Assembly (NCBI GenBank): GCA_040767545.1
Contig: JAXGOK010000009.1
Span: 48,390 to 112,389 of the forward strand
DNA from: Aggregatilineaceae bacterium
Lineage (GTDB): Bacteria > Chloroflexota > Anaerolineae > Aggregatilineales > Aggregatilineaceae
Length of the DNA: 64,000 bases
Direction: 5' to 3'
Shown here: piece after piece, positions 30,263 through 41,283 of the stretch
Position numbering within the stretch: the stretch's first letter is position 1
Layout of the letters: each line of letters opens with the position of its first letter
Notes under the pieces: model-generated
The model's input: only the letters and a program-made list of their open reading frames with translations
Database searches by the model: none
What the model was told of the DNA's origin: nothing
Program-made: the position numbers and the translations under genes

Positions 30263-30595
30263 ATGGCAGCCGTCTCTACCCAGTCACAGGCCCGGTTAGT
30301 GCGCTGGCGCGGGGGTCAGCATCCAACATTGGACTCGATCACCCGCTTGATGCACGACGAGCGCCTGCGGCCTTACGTCTGGGTGAACGCGCCCAACTGC
30401 CGCTATCCTGTGCGCAGTCACGGCTACGACAAAACGATCTTCTGCGTGCAAGGCTCGCTGGAGGTCGTCATCCCCGATGCCAGGCAGCGTATTACACTGG
30501 GGGCCGGTGACCGGCTCGACCTGCCGCGCGGTATGCGCTACAGCGCCATCGTCGGGCCGTCCGGCGCGCAGTGCGTCGAGGGCAGCCCCGCCTGA
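30263..30595 (+). CDS. small cupin-like protein
   Basis: 110 aa. Beta-barrel-style pattern (IFCVQGSLEVVI ... GDRLDLPRGMRYSAIVG). AAGGAAGG RBS. Confidence 0.6.
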   Translation: MAAVSTQSQARLVRWRGGQHPTLDSITRLMHDERLRPYVWVNAPNCRYPVRSHGYDKTIFCVQGSLEVVIPDARQRITLGAGDRLDLPRGMRYSAIVGPSGAQCVEGSPA

Positions 30596-30711
30596 TCCAC
30601 GCGTAGTTGTCCGAGTCGCCCCCTTTGATGTAAAGTTGCCAGGGTGAGCCGCGATGCTCGCCCTGGTCTGTTATCCGGCACCGTCCGCCCAGGGTGCCAG
30701 GGGAGGCGAAG

Positions 30712-31308
30712 ATGCGACGCCTGCGCCGACGCGCACCACACCACCAACCCGACGATACCCTCGCCCCGCAGATAGCGGGCGATTTCGACGGTGACAGCGC
30801 CGCGAGTGGCGATGAGGATGTGCCCATCGAGCCGTTCGTGCCCATCTCCGGCGCGGACGCTTACGACGAGCGCGCCTACGCTTCTCCGTCTGCTGAGGTG
30901 CCAGCCGCCGAGGAGGAGTCCGCCCCTCGTCGCCGCCGGCTGCGCCTGCCGCGCCCGTCGTTGGGCGTGCGGATTCGCATCTGGGTGCTGCTGCTGGCCC
31001 TGGCCCTGATTGCTGGCGGAATCTTCGGCACGCTGCTCTGGCAGGATCGCCTGCGCGAGGAGGTCACCGCCTGGTGGCCGGTGGTTCCGCTGGTCGTCTC
31101 CGTGCTGTGGATGCTGATCGCGCTGGTGCGGCGGCAGGTGACCTCGTTCCTGGGCGGGGCGGCGCTGGTGGGCGTCGGGCTGAGCGCGCTGCTGGACGCG
31201 CAGGACATCGCCGCGCTGCGCGATACGCTGCTGGGCACCGTGCTGGTCACGGTGGGACTGGGTGTCGTCGTGCGCGGCTTCCTGCTGCGCGGGCGCACGG
31301 CGCGCTGA
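30712..31308 (+). CDS. hypothetical membrane protein
   Basis: ATG at 30712 after GGGAGG. Acidic N-terminal region, then about 4 TM segments. No family recognised. Confidence 0.55.
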   Translation: MRRLRRRAPHHQPDDTLAPQIAGDFDGDSAASGDEDVPIEPFVPISGADAYDERAYASPSAEVPAAEEESAPRRRRLRLPRPSLGVRIRIWVLLLALALIAGGIFGTLLWQDRLREEVTAWWPVVPLVVSVLWMLIALVRRQVTSFLGGAALVGVGLSALLDAQDIAALRDTLLGTVLVTVGLGVVVRGFLLRGRTAR

Positions 31309-31413
31309 CCGGGCGCGGGTACTTCCTCGCAAGTGGCGGCCCTGAGCACAGATTTGGCATCCTACGCCGCAGACTGGGATATTCTATTTGCAGTTGTTTG
31401 GTGCCAGCGGAGA

Positions 31414-31483
31414 GCCTCACCCCCGCTCGGCGCTGACGCGCCTCGCCGCCGCAAGCCGAGCGCAGTGAGGCTGGGGGTGAGGC
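31414..31483. repeat. family-A palindromic repeat
   Basis: GCCTCACCCCCGCTCGGCGCTGACGCG...GCCGAGCGCAGTGAGGCTGGGGGTGAGGC. Confidence 0.75.
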
Positions 31484-31514
31484 CAATCAGCAAGGTAGCG
31501 CTGGAGGAACGATC

Positions 31515-33140
<1,626 letters not shown>

Positions 33141-33206
33141 GCCTCCCCCGGCGGCGACGGCGCGCGCCGCTCTTGCTGATCGCGTCTTTGCGGAGGACAC
33201 CGCTGC

Positions 33207-33980
33207 ATGATATCCGAGCAAGCCCTCGACGAGCACGACCTGCGCCGCATCATCCGCACCAACCGTCTCGTGCTGCGCCTGGCCCGGCATTGGCTGGTCA
33301 TTGCCCTCGGCTTTCTGCTGCTCTACACGGGCTTGTCGCTGACGCCGCCCCTGTTCATGGAAGCGGGCTGGCCGGGCGCTGCCAACATCGTGTACAAGGT
33401 CTACGCGCCGATGTGCCACCAGTTCGCCTTCCGCTCGTGGTTCCTGTTCGGCGAGCAGCTTGTCTACCCGCGCCAGGTGGCGGGGTCTGGCCTGGGGTCG
33501 TTCGAGTCCTACGCCGCGCAAGACCCGCACTTCGCCGGCGTTGATCTGGCGGTGTGGTCGGCGGACTTGCAGTTTAAGTCACGCTCGTTCAAGGGCAACG
33601 AGCAGATGGGCTACAAGACGGCGCTGTGCGAGCGCGATGTCGCCATCTACGGCATGATGTTCCTGGCCGGGCTGCTCTTTGTGGGCGTGCGGCGCTGGCT
33701 GCGCCCCGCGCCGGTGATGCTCTACGTGCTGCTGGGGCTGGTGCCGCTTGGCCTGGACGGGTTCAGCCAGATGTTCAGCTACGTGCCGTTTGAGTTCTGG
33801 CCCATCCGCGAGTCGCTGCCCGCCTACCGCGTGATCACCGGGGCGCTGTTCGGGCTGATGAACGTCTGGCTGGCCTTCCCCTACCTGGAACTGTCCATGA
33901 GCGAGACGCAGGCAGCGGCGAGCAAGAAGCTGCGCCTCGCCGAGCAGCGATTGGCCGCTTTGCAGGCGGCGCAGCGCTGA
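33207..33980 (+). CDS. DUF2085-like membrane protein
   Basis: The MCHQFAFRSW and ALCERDVAIYG motifs and the multi-TM layout match what I recall of DUF2085. Confidence 0.6.
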   Translation: MISEQALDEHDLRRIIRTNRLVLRLARHWLVIALGFLLLYTGLSLTPPLFMEAGWPGAANIVYKVYAPMCHQFAFRSWFLFGEQLVYPRQVAGSGLGSFESYAAQDPHFAGVDLAVWSADLQFKSRSFKGNEQMGYKTALCERDVAIYGMMFLAGLLFVGVRRWLRPAPVMLYVLLGLVPLGLDGFSQMFSYVPFEFWPIRESLPAYRVITGALFGLMNVWLAFPYLELSMSETQAAASKKLRLAEQRLAALQAAQR

Positions 33981-33989
33981 GCCGCCTGC

Positions 33990-34295
33990 TTACCTCACCC
34001 CCAGCCTCGCTGCGCTCGGCTTGCCCCCTCTCCTTCGATCATGCGTTACCCAAATACCCCATCCCCAGCCCCTTCCCCGCGCTGCGTGGAGGGAAGGAGC
34101 GCCCGCCGCTCCTCCCCCCCTCGTGGGGAAGGGCCGGGAGGGGCCGGCCAAAGATGTGGGGGCGGACCTTCGATGGAGAGGGGCGGACGCGTGGGGGCAA
34201 GCGGTGAAGTTACTTTCCTCACCCGCTCGGCGCTGACGCCTCCCCCTCTCCGCGCGGAAGGAAAACGCGAAGCGAGGTCAGGGGGTGAGGTAAAG
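33990..34295. repeat. mosaic: family-A half, family-B element, family-A element
   Basis: TTACCTCACCCCCAGCCTCGCTGCGCTCGGCTTGCCCCCTCTCC. CCCCATCCCCAGCCCCTTCCCC...GGGGAAGGGCCGGGAGGGGCC at 34057-34150. CCTCACCCGCTCGGCGCTGACGCC...GGTCAGGGGGTGAGGTAAAG at 34215-34295. Confidence 0.7.
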
Positions 34296-34356
34296 TTAAC
34301 AAGCCCCAGGGTGTTTGCCCTGGGGCCTGTCTTGTTGCGGCCTGGCAACGCCCGGC

Positions 34357-36534
34357 CTATTCGAAGCCGCCCGTATCAACCGTGGGCGTGTTGGTCGGCG
34401 TCTTCACCGGCGTGTGGGTGTACGTCGGCGTGCGTGAAGGCGTGAAAGTCCACGTCACCGGGCCGGGCGTGTTCGTGCGTGTCGGCGTGTTCGTCCTGCT
34501 CGGCGTGAGGGTGATGGTGGGCGTCAGCGTCTTGGAAGGCGTCAGCGTGATGGTGGGCGTGCGCGTGACGCTTGGCGTAAAGGTCGGCGCTGGCGTCGGC
34601 ACGTCAATCCCCTCGCCGTAGCAGACGAAGTTGACGACGAAGGTCGTGTCGTTGAAGTCGTAGTCGCGGTAGCCGATCTGATCCAGCCGGCCTGACGTGC
34701 CGTCGAAGTCGAACCAGACATCCAGCGTCCTGCCTGGCTCGATCACCGGGTCAACCAGCCAGCCAGCCCCGCCAGAGACGCCAACCGCCGGGCGCGTCGT
34801 GACATCCTGCGGCAAATCCCATATCTTGACGGCAGCAGGATCGAACGCCCCTGGCCCGCCCACTGAGACGAAGTCCAGCCAGATCGGGTCGAGAGGCCGG
34901 TTGTACGTGTTCCAGTTGATGCTGAAGCCGGTGATGTAGGCCATGGCGATGTCTGTGTTGCGCACGGTGAAGTGGACCACGCCGTTGGTCTCAAAGCCGA
35001 TGAAGCGCACCTCGTAGTTGGTGCAGACCGGCGTAGGCGTGAAGGTCGCCGTCCGCGTCAGATCGTAGCCCGTCGGCGACGCGGTGGGCGTGTAGGTCGG
35101 CGTGGGCGTGGGGTAGCCGGTTAGCTCAACCAGGCAGTCGTTGTCCGGGTCGAAGCCGATCCCGCCCCAGGTCGTGCCCAGGTACAGGCGCGTGCCGTCG
35201 AAGACGCCCGGCACGAAGTAGTCGGTCAGCCGCGACGGGCCGTTGGCGAACTCGATGCGCAGCGGGGTAATGGTGTTGGGGTCGAAGCGACGCATCAGGT
35301 AAGTGGGCGCGTCGTCGTCCCAGCCGGGATCGATCGCATTAGAGTTGTCCGCGATGGTGGGCGGGTCCAGGTCCATTCCGTGCCAGAAGGCCGTGCGGCT
35401 GGAGACGCGCATGTTGTTGGTGTACATGCCAGGGAAGAGCGGGTGCTTGCCCCACTGCACCTCGACCCGCGAGATGAAGAGCGGGCTGTACGGGTTGGCA
35501 TTGTTGATGCGCACTTCCAGTGCATTGTCTGCCAGGCGCACGCTGTCCAGCGTGACCAGGTCGCAGTCGGGTGAGGGCGTGGGGGTCACGCTCGCCGTTG
35601 AGGTCGCCGTTGGCGACGATGTCGGCGTGTAGGTGATCGTCGGTGAGCTAGTCGGCGTCGGCGTGTCGCTGGGCAGCGGCGTGTTGGACGGGGTGAAGGT
35701 GGGCAGCGCCAGCGCAGGCGGGATGTTAATCACGCGCGTCGAGCGGAACGCCTCGTTGATCATCACGCGCCGCGCCTGAAGCTGGATGTAGTCCACCAGG
35801 CCCAGCGGCGTGATCAGCGGGTGGTTGAAGAAGACGATGATCTCGACGGCATCGCCTGGCCCGCCGGGATCGTACTGGTTGACATCTTCCATGCCCGGCT
35901 CCTGCACCTGGCACAGCCGGGCGCTGCGGTCTTGGCTGGGCTTGTAGCGGGCGGGGATGTCACTGTAGACGCCGGGGCGCGAGCTACAAATCCACACGTG
36001 GAACCAGCCGCGCTCGCTGTCGGTGACTGTGCCCGTGCTGATGTCATCCTCGTCGGGGTACTGCAACCCCACGTAGTGATCGCCGTTCTTGAGGGCCAGC
36101 CCCGACGCGCCAATACGCGCCCGATCCACAATGGACGGGATGCGGGCCACATCGGCGCGCAGCCATTGGTCTTCCACCGAGCCGGGCTGGCAGTCATAGC
36201 CCCAATGCCGCAGGAAGGCCGCATCTTCGCCCTCGGTGCAGGGCATCAGCGTGTCCAGCACGGCCTGGCGACGCTGTTCTACAGACAGACCTTCGGGGAA
36301 TGTGTAGCCCATTGCCTCAGCCAGGATGTTCTCGTCCCACTGGCCGGTGACGGCATAGCGAGCCGCCGCGCGCGCCGCGTTCTGCAGCGTGATCCACGCC
36401 TGGAAGATGCGCGCGAACTCGATCACGCCGAACATCAGCATCAGCAGAATAGGCAGCGTCAGCGCGAACTCCACCAACGTCTGCCCGCGCCTGCCGCGCT
36501 GCCGAACTGCTTGAGACTCGGTTGCTGGACTCAT
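34357..36534 (-). CDS. large TadE-like (pseudopilin-type N-terminus) surface protein with Pro/Thr-rich linkers
   Basis: The N-terminal [29 protein letters not shown] is a TadE-family motif. There are three PT-rich linkers and two related Cys-bracketed modules of about 140 aa. ATG at 36534 after GAGGGG (the alternative GTG is at 36561). Confidence 0.75.
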   Translation of the reverse strand: MSPATESQAVRQRGRRGQTLVEFALTLPILLMLMFGVIEFARIFQAWITLQNAARAAARYAVTGQWDENILAEAMGYTFPEGLSVEQRRQAVLDTLMPCTEGEDAAFLRHWGYDCQPGSVEDQWLRADVARIPSIVDRARIGASGLALKNGDHYVGLQYPDEDDISTGTVTDSERGWFHVWICSSRPGVYSDIPARYKPSQDRSARLCQVQEPGMEDVNQYDPGGPGDAVEIIVFFNHPLITPLGLVDYIQLQARRVMINEAFRSTRVINIPPALALPTFTPSNTPLPSDTPTPTSSPTITYTPTSSPTATSTASVTPTPSPDCDLVTLDSVRLADNALEVRINNANPYSPLFISRVEVQWGKHPLFPGMYTNNMRVSSRTAFWHGMDLDPPTIADNSNAIDPGWDDDAPTYLMRRFDPNTITPLRIEFANGPSRLTDYFVPGVFDGTRLYLGTTWGGIGFDPDNDCLVELTGYPTPTPTYTPTASPTGYDLTRTATFTPTPVCTNYEVRFIGFETNGVVHFTVRNTDIAMAYITGFSINWNTYNRPLDPIWLDFVSVGGPGAFDPAAVKIWDLPQDVTTRPAVGVSGGAGWLVDPVIEPGRTLDVWFDFDGTSGRLDQIGYRDYDFNDTTFVVNFVCYGEGIDVPTPAPTFTPSVTRTPTITLTPSKTLTPTITLTPSRTNTPTRTNTPGPVTWTFTPSRTPTYTHTPVKTPTNTPTVDTGGFE

Positions 36535-36567
36535 CGTGCTATCCCCTCGGACTCGCGACACTTGTGC

Positions 36568-38667
36568 CTAGCGCGACAGGCGTGTGAACAGACGGCTGGC
36601 GATCTCCTCAAAAACGTCGTTCAACTCGGCCAGGCTGGCTTCAGGGTTACTGGGATTGTAGGACACGTACCAGTACTGCCCACACTGCTCGGTAGGATGC
36701 AAGTTCCCTTCGCAAACGTCAGGCTGGCCGTAATAGTCCGGGTACGGGCCGCCAATGGGGTAGGTGGGCACCGGGTTGCGGTCTTCGCGCAGGTCTTGCT
36801 GCAAGCGGTTGTTGATGAAGCCGTTGTCGCCCGCGTCGGCAATGTAGCGCAGCAGCGGCGCAGCGGTCGCCTCGTCGAGCACTTCCTGGCCGAAGCCAAT
36901 GGCAAACATGGCGATGAAGTTGCCCTGCTTGCCGCCGGGCACCACTTCGATCAGCCCAGCGAAGTCGGCCATGTCGCGCGCGTAGTCGTCGGCGTCGTAG
37001 TGACCGGCGACGGTGCATTCCACGTTGCCGGTTTCCGGCTCGCCCGTCTCCCAGTCAATGCAGAAATGGCGCGTGTTCGGGTCGTTGTCGTTGCAGACGG
37101 GCTTCTCCATCTCTCTCTGGCTGGGGTTGTTCTCGGTACATTCCGGCCAGACCAGGTCGCCGTCAAGCTGGCAGAATGTCCACCAGGGGCAGTAGCCATA
37201 GAGACCATAGTCGCGGACGTTAGACGCATCGGAGACGCGGTCGGTCACGTTGGCCGCGCCGTCGCTCAGCACGATCATGACCCAGACCGCCTCGCGGCGG
37301 ATGTCGGCGGGGTCGGTCAGGGCGTTGCTGGCTGCCAGGATGCCCCCGCCGATGTTGGTGTTGCCGCACGGCGCGACCGATTCATAGGCGAAGGGCCGCC
37401 GCGCCGGCTCTTCTGGCAGCTCGCCATTGAGCCACCGCGGCCACTCCTCCTGGGCAATGATGTACTCCGCGCAGCGGTTGTGGATGCCGGTCGGGTTGAT
37501 CATCACGCCCACCTTCTGGTCGAGCGTTTCAATGGCCGCCTGCTGGCTGCGCAGCAAGGGACGGAAGGTCGTGCCGTCGCCGTCAGGATCATAGGCGACG
37601 CCCGCCCGGTCGAAAGTCACCAGCACCACGCGGTCGCCGCGCACGAAGTCCAACTGCTTGATGAACTGCCGTGCCGCGTCCTTCACCGTCTTGAAGGGGC
37701 GGCAGATCAGCGTGGTGAAGTTGAAGCCGTCGGGATCGGTCAGGCTGTTGCTCTGGGCGGCGCTGCTGGCCAGCCCGTCTTCGCCAGGGTCCCACATGCC
37801 GTTGAAGTTGGCGTCGTGCCAGATGACCCCATTGGGCAGAAAGCCGCCAGTGGAGCGGCGGATTGTGCCGTCGCTGACCTGCCCCGTGCCAGGGTCATTG
37901 CAGCAGCCAGCCCACCGCTCGCGCGCGTAGGGGTCCAGGCCGGCGGCCCAGTCTTCGGGCGTGGTATTGCACTCGCCGCGAATGGTCAGGCTCCCCCCCG
38001 CGCCATAGGACAGGTTGACGCGCGTGTAGTCGGTGGAGTTGGTCTCCTTCGACATGGATTCCGACGTGTCAATGACCAGGGCCACGTCGAGCACTGCCGT
38101 CTCTGAGACGGAGGTCGTCTCCAGGGTGATCGAGGGGATGCCGATCAGGGCCAGGAAGGTCGTCGGCGACTCGATCTGCGCACTGACGCGCACAAGCTTG
38201 CGCGGGTCGTCCCAGTTGCATAGCTCGGTTTCGGGCATGAGGTTGGGCACATTGCACTTCTCATTCTTGCCAGGGCCACATGTCCAGGGGTCGGCGGATT
38301 CGGGGTGCGGGTCGCCTTCCCAGGGGCCTAGCCCCAGCCGCCACTGGTAGATGTCCGTCTCGCAGGTCTCGACCAGCGTGGAGCGCGAGTCGAGGTTGTG
38401 TAGCTCGATGTACTGCTCGGCGGCGATAGCCACCGTCGCGTAGTCCGTCCCCTCGCGGACCTGGCCGGCGGCGGCAATGGCCGCCGCGTCCACCGCGCGG
38501 CGCAGCGCCGCGTAGCGCGTGAAGAGCAGCGCCACGTCGGTCACCAGCCCCACGAACGCGATCAGGGCGATGAAGGCGAAAGCCAGCAGCAAGATGGACT
38601 GCCCGCGCTGGCTGCGCCGCAGACGCCGGGAGAAGAGAGGTGGGATCGGCAAGTGTCTCATCAGCAT
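36568..38667 (-). CDS. TadG-like (Flp pilus assembly TadE/G-like N-terminus) protein with von Willebrand factor A domain
   Basis: The N-terminal RGQSILLLAFAFIALIAFVGLVTDVALLFTRYAALRRAVDAAAIAAAGQ is the Tad/PF13400 style. VWA MIDAS motif VIDTSESMS, plus VLVTFD and VLSDGAANV. Confidence 0.8.
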   Translation of the reverse strand: MLMRHLPIPPLFSRRLRRSQRGQSILLLAFAFIALIAFVGLVTDVALLFTRYAALRRAVDAAAIAAAGQVREGTDYATVAIAAEQYIELHNLDSRSTLVETCETDIYQWRLGLGPWEGDPHPESADPWTCGPGKNEKCNVPNLMPETELCNWDDPRKLVRVSAQIESPTTFLALIGIPSITLETTSVSETAVLDVALVIDTSESMSKETNSTDYTRVNLSYGAGGSLTIRGECNTTPEDWAAGLDPYARERWAGCCNDPGTGQVSDGTIRRSTGGFLPNGVIWHDANFNGMWDPGEDGLASSAAQSNSLTDPDGFNFTTLICRPFKTVKDAARQFIKQLDFVRGDRVVLVTFDRAGVAYDPDGDGTTFRPLLRSQQAAIETLDQKVGVMINPTGIHNRCAEYIIAQEEWPRWLNGELPEEPARRPFAYESVAPCGNTNIGGGILAASNALTDPADIRREAVWVMIVLSDGAANVTDRVSDASNVRDYGLYGYCPWWTFCQLDGDLVWPECTENNPSQREMEKPVCNDNDPNTRHFCIDWETGEPETGNVECTVAGHYDADDYARDMADFAGLIEVVPGGKQGNFIAMFAIGFGQEVLDEATAAPLLRYIADAGDNGFINNRLQQDLREDRNPVPTYPIGGPYPDYYGQPDVCEGNLHPTEQCGQYWYVSYNPSNPEASLAELNDVFEEIASRLFTRLSR

Positions 38668-38682
38668 CACACCGGGGAGCGG

Positions 38683-39627
38683 CTAATAGTCCAGGTCAGG
38701 CTCGGCAGCGGAGACAGGGAAAAACGCCCAGACATGGATCATCTGGCCGTCGGCAAGCGGCCCCAGGTTGAACCAGGGCAGCGCGAGCAGTTGGTGGTGC
38801 CGCCAGAAGACCTCGACCAGCACCAGCCCGAAGTTGGCTACCTCGTCAATCTTGCGTGCGCGGTCTGGGTCGTCGCTGAAGTCCAGCATTCTCTCCACTT
38901 TGGCTGTGGAGAAAGCAGACCCCAAGCAGTCCATCGGCGCGCCGAAGTTCATGCGATGGTTGCCGCGAAAAACATAGCCGCGCACGTTGTCCCAGCCCGA
39001 ATCGAAGCGGGCGGCGTCCTCGTCCATGCCGCTGCCGTTGCCGTCGTGATTCCAGTCGAAGGGGTCGTATTCGTCGTCGTTCTCGCACTCGTTGGCGCGG
39101 GCGGGCAGCCGGCCCACGATGCGCACCTGGGCGTTGGGCAGGCCGCGATTGACCACCACGAACTGGAAGACCGACACCGCAATGTCGTCGGTCAGGTCGT
39201 TGAACTCCAGCGGCTGCATGTTGCCGATCACCGAGCAGGCCACGCCGTCATAGAAGCCGATGGGACGCTCATCATCGCCCGGAATGTACCCCCAGGCGCT
39301 CAAGTCCGGGCCGGGCCAGGTCAGCTGCTCCTCAAAGGCGCGCTTGTCGAAGTTGGTGATCAGGTCTTCGCAGTCCATGCGGTGATACTTCAGCTCTTCG
39401 CCGTCGGGCCAGGTCAGGGGATCCAGCGTGGCCCCAAAGCGCCCGGCCTCGCGCACGACATCGAGCAGCGTCAGGTAGTTATTGGCGTACCAGCCGATCT
39501 CGGTCAGGCCCATCAGCATGACCAGCAGGATCGGCAGGGTGAGGGTCAGTTCCACCAGGCTTTGGCCGCGCGTGCCCGTCGGGGTGCCGTCCAGCACAGC
39601 CAGTAATCTACGGAGTCTGCCCCGCAT
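38683..39627 (-). CDS. TadE-like protein (314 aa)
   Basis: N-terminal RGQSLVELTLTLPILLVMLMGLTEIGWY. GAGGTG RBS. The C-terminal 250 aa matches no family I recognise. Confidence 0.75.
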   Translation of the reverse strand: MRGRLRRLLAVLDGTPTGTRGQSLVELTLTLPILLVMLMGLTEIGWYANNYLTLLDVVREAGRFGATLDPLTWPDGEELKYHRMDCEDLITNFDKRAFEEQLTWPGPDLSAWGYIPGDDERPIGFYDGVACSVIGNMQPLEFNDLTDDIAVSVFQFVVVNRGLPNAQVRIVGRLPARANECENDDEYDPFDWNHDGNGSGMDEDAARFDSGWDNVRGYVFRGNHRMNFGAPMDCLGSAFSTAKVERMLDFSDDPDRARKIDEVANFGLVLVEVFWRHHQLLALPWFNLGPLADGQMIHVWAFFPVSAAEPDLDY

Positions 39628-39772
39628 GGTTCACCTCAAAAATGCCAGTGGGCCGCCAACAATAAGCAAGACAGTGGCCCGCGCGCGCCACTTCCGGCGG
39701 CGAGCGATGCTGCCCCTATTGGCAATAATACCATAGAAGGTCAGGCCGCCCTGTCAGGCTATTGTGAGGAGT

Positions 39773-40540
39773 TTATAAGGATTTGTCAGCGTCAAGGGAG
39801 TGAATCGCGGGCGACGGATCGTCGCGCACGCCCTCGACGATGGCGTTGATCATGTAACCTCGCCCGTGCAGCGACACGATAATGTGCGGGTGCTCCTGGT
39901 CGCTCTCGATCTTGCGCCGCAGGTTGCGGATATGGTTGCGCACCAGGGCGGTGTCGCCGCTGTGGGGCGGGTAGCCCCACAACGCTTCCAGCAGATCGTG
40001 TGCGCTGTGGTGGCGAAGCGGGGGCTGGCACAGGTGCTCCAGCAACTGGTATTCGGTGGCGGTAAGCTGGGTGCAGCAGTCGTTGATCTGCACGGTGCGC
40101 GTGCTGGCGTCCAGCCGCAAGACCGGTTGGGCTGTCAGCTTGCCTTTGCGCTCCGCCCGGCGCAGCAGCGCCCGCACGCGCGCCTTCAGCTCGCGCGAGG
40201 TGAAGGGGAGGCGCAGGTAGTCATCGCCGCCAGAGTCGAGCGCCTGGGCCGCGTAGTGCGCGCCGAGCCGGTCGCTGACGAACAGGATCGGCGTGTGGGT
40301 GGCGTAAGGCAGAGTGCGCAGGTAGGCACACAGTTCCAGGCCGTTCATGTCGGGCAGCATGGCGTCGAGGATGATGATATCGGGCCGGTGCGTGCGCGCC
40401 AGCTTGACCGCCGTCTGCCCGTCGGCGGCCTCAATGATGGCGTGCCCCTCGCGGGCCAGGGCGCGACCAATCACCTTGCGGGCTGTGGAGTCGCTGTGCA
40501 CGGTGAGGATGGTATTGGGTCCGGGGTTGCGTGCGAACAT
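39773..40540 (-). CDS. OmpR-family response regulator with degenerate receiver domain
   Basis: Receiver plus winged-helix output (TATEYQLLEHL...LVRNHIRNLRRKIE...IVSLHGRGY). The phospho-Asp position is kept (IIILDAMLPDMNG). The acidic pair is HS(D) and the conserved Lys is Leu (DDYLRLPF). ATG at 40540 or 40561. Confidence 0.85.
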   Translation of the reverse strand: MFARNPGPNTILTVHSDSTARKVIGRALAREGHAIIEAADGQTAVKLARTHRPDIIILDAMLPDMNGLELCAYLRTLPYATHTPILFVSDRLGAHYAAQALDSGGDDYLRLPFTSRELKARVRALLRRAERKGKLTAQPVLRLDASTRTVQINDCCTQLTATEYQLLEHLCQPPLRHHSAHDLLEALWGYPPHSGDTALVRNHIRNLRRKIESDQEHPHIIVSLHGRGYMINAIVEGVRDDPSPAIHSLDADKSL

Positions 40541-40656
40541 GGCTGGCCTTCCGACGCGCATGTGCGTTTGTCGTTTGGCCTTAGTATAGGCGACAAAGGG
40601 GCCTTGTGGACGGCCTGAGCGTGAAAGATGTATGAAAAATCCCGCGTCCCGCCACG

Positions 40657-41229
40657 CTAACCCGGCGTATCCTGCACCACCGGCGGCACCAGCGCGCGCT
40701 CGAACGTCACCGCGTGGGCGTCGCCGTCGGGCAGCACGGTCAGCGGCACAACCAGCGTCGTCCGGTCTACGAAGCACAGCGTCTCGTTGACCGCCTCGCA
40801 CCAGTACACCGTCAGGTCGAGCGCCAGATCGGTCTGCCCCACCGCAAACGTGACCGGCACCTCAAGCGGTAGCTCCGGCAGGATGATGCGGATGTCGCGC
40901 GACTCAGCCGGAACCTGGGCGACGGGGTTGTCGGGCCAGATGGCCGTGAAGGGGGCCTGGTCGTTGAGCTTGTAGCCGTCGGGCATGGTCACCTGGACGC
41001 GCAGGGTTCCCGCCCCGGCGGTGACCGTCTGCGGGGCCAGCCGCAGCGTGCTCCCAGCGGTGAGCGCGCCCCCCGTCAGGCTGCCCGGCGCGGCTGGTGC
41101 CGCGCCTGCTCCCTCACCTGGCCCCGGCGCGCTCTTGTCCCGGACGATGACGCCCGCAGCGCTGAGCGCGAGCGCGATCAGCGCCACGCCCAGCACAATC
41201 ACCGCCACGATTCCAGCCCAGCGCTTCAT
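40657..41229 (-). CDS. hypothetical membrane-anchored protein with beta-rich extracytoplasmic domain
   Basis: N-terminal TM anchor MKRWAGIVAVIVLGVALIALAL, an Ala/Gly/Pro linker, and a C-terminal domain with the Cys pair YWCEAVNETLCF. It is the first gene of the minus-strand run that ends with the Tad-like genes. Confidence 0.6.
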   Translation of the reverse strand: MKRWAGIVAVIVLGVALIALALSAAGVIVRDKSAPGPGEGAGAAPAAPGSLTGGALTAGSTLRLAPQTVTAGAGTLRVQVTMPDGYKLNDQAPFTAIWPDNPVAQVPAESRDIRIILPELPLEVPVTFAVGQTDLALDLTVYWCEAVNETLCFVDRTTLVVPLTVLPDGDAHAVTFERALVPPVVQDTPG

Positions 41230-41283
41230 CGCTTCTGCCTCGCCTGTCCGCTAACTCCCCGCCGCACCCCACAACCGCACCGC

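Noticed and set aside
34382-34621. A Gly/Val-rich 79-aa ORF on the plus strand.
   Set aside because: It is the reverse-complement reading of the Pro/Thr-rich linker at the C-terminus of the large TadE-like protein.
35821-38106. A 761-aa ORF on the plus strand.
   Set aside because: It lies antisense to the TadE/TadG-like genes, has no recognisable motifs, and shows typical high-GC shadow-ORF composition. The same reasoning applies to 46676..48229, 51404..53044, 8993..10321, 57687..59072, 55019..56416, 11320..12426, 13402..14478, 27266..28156 and 32265..33530.
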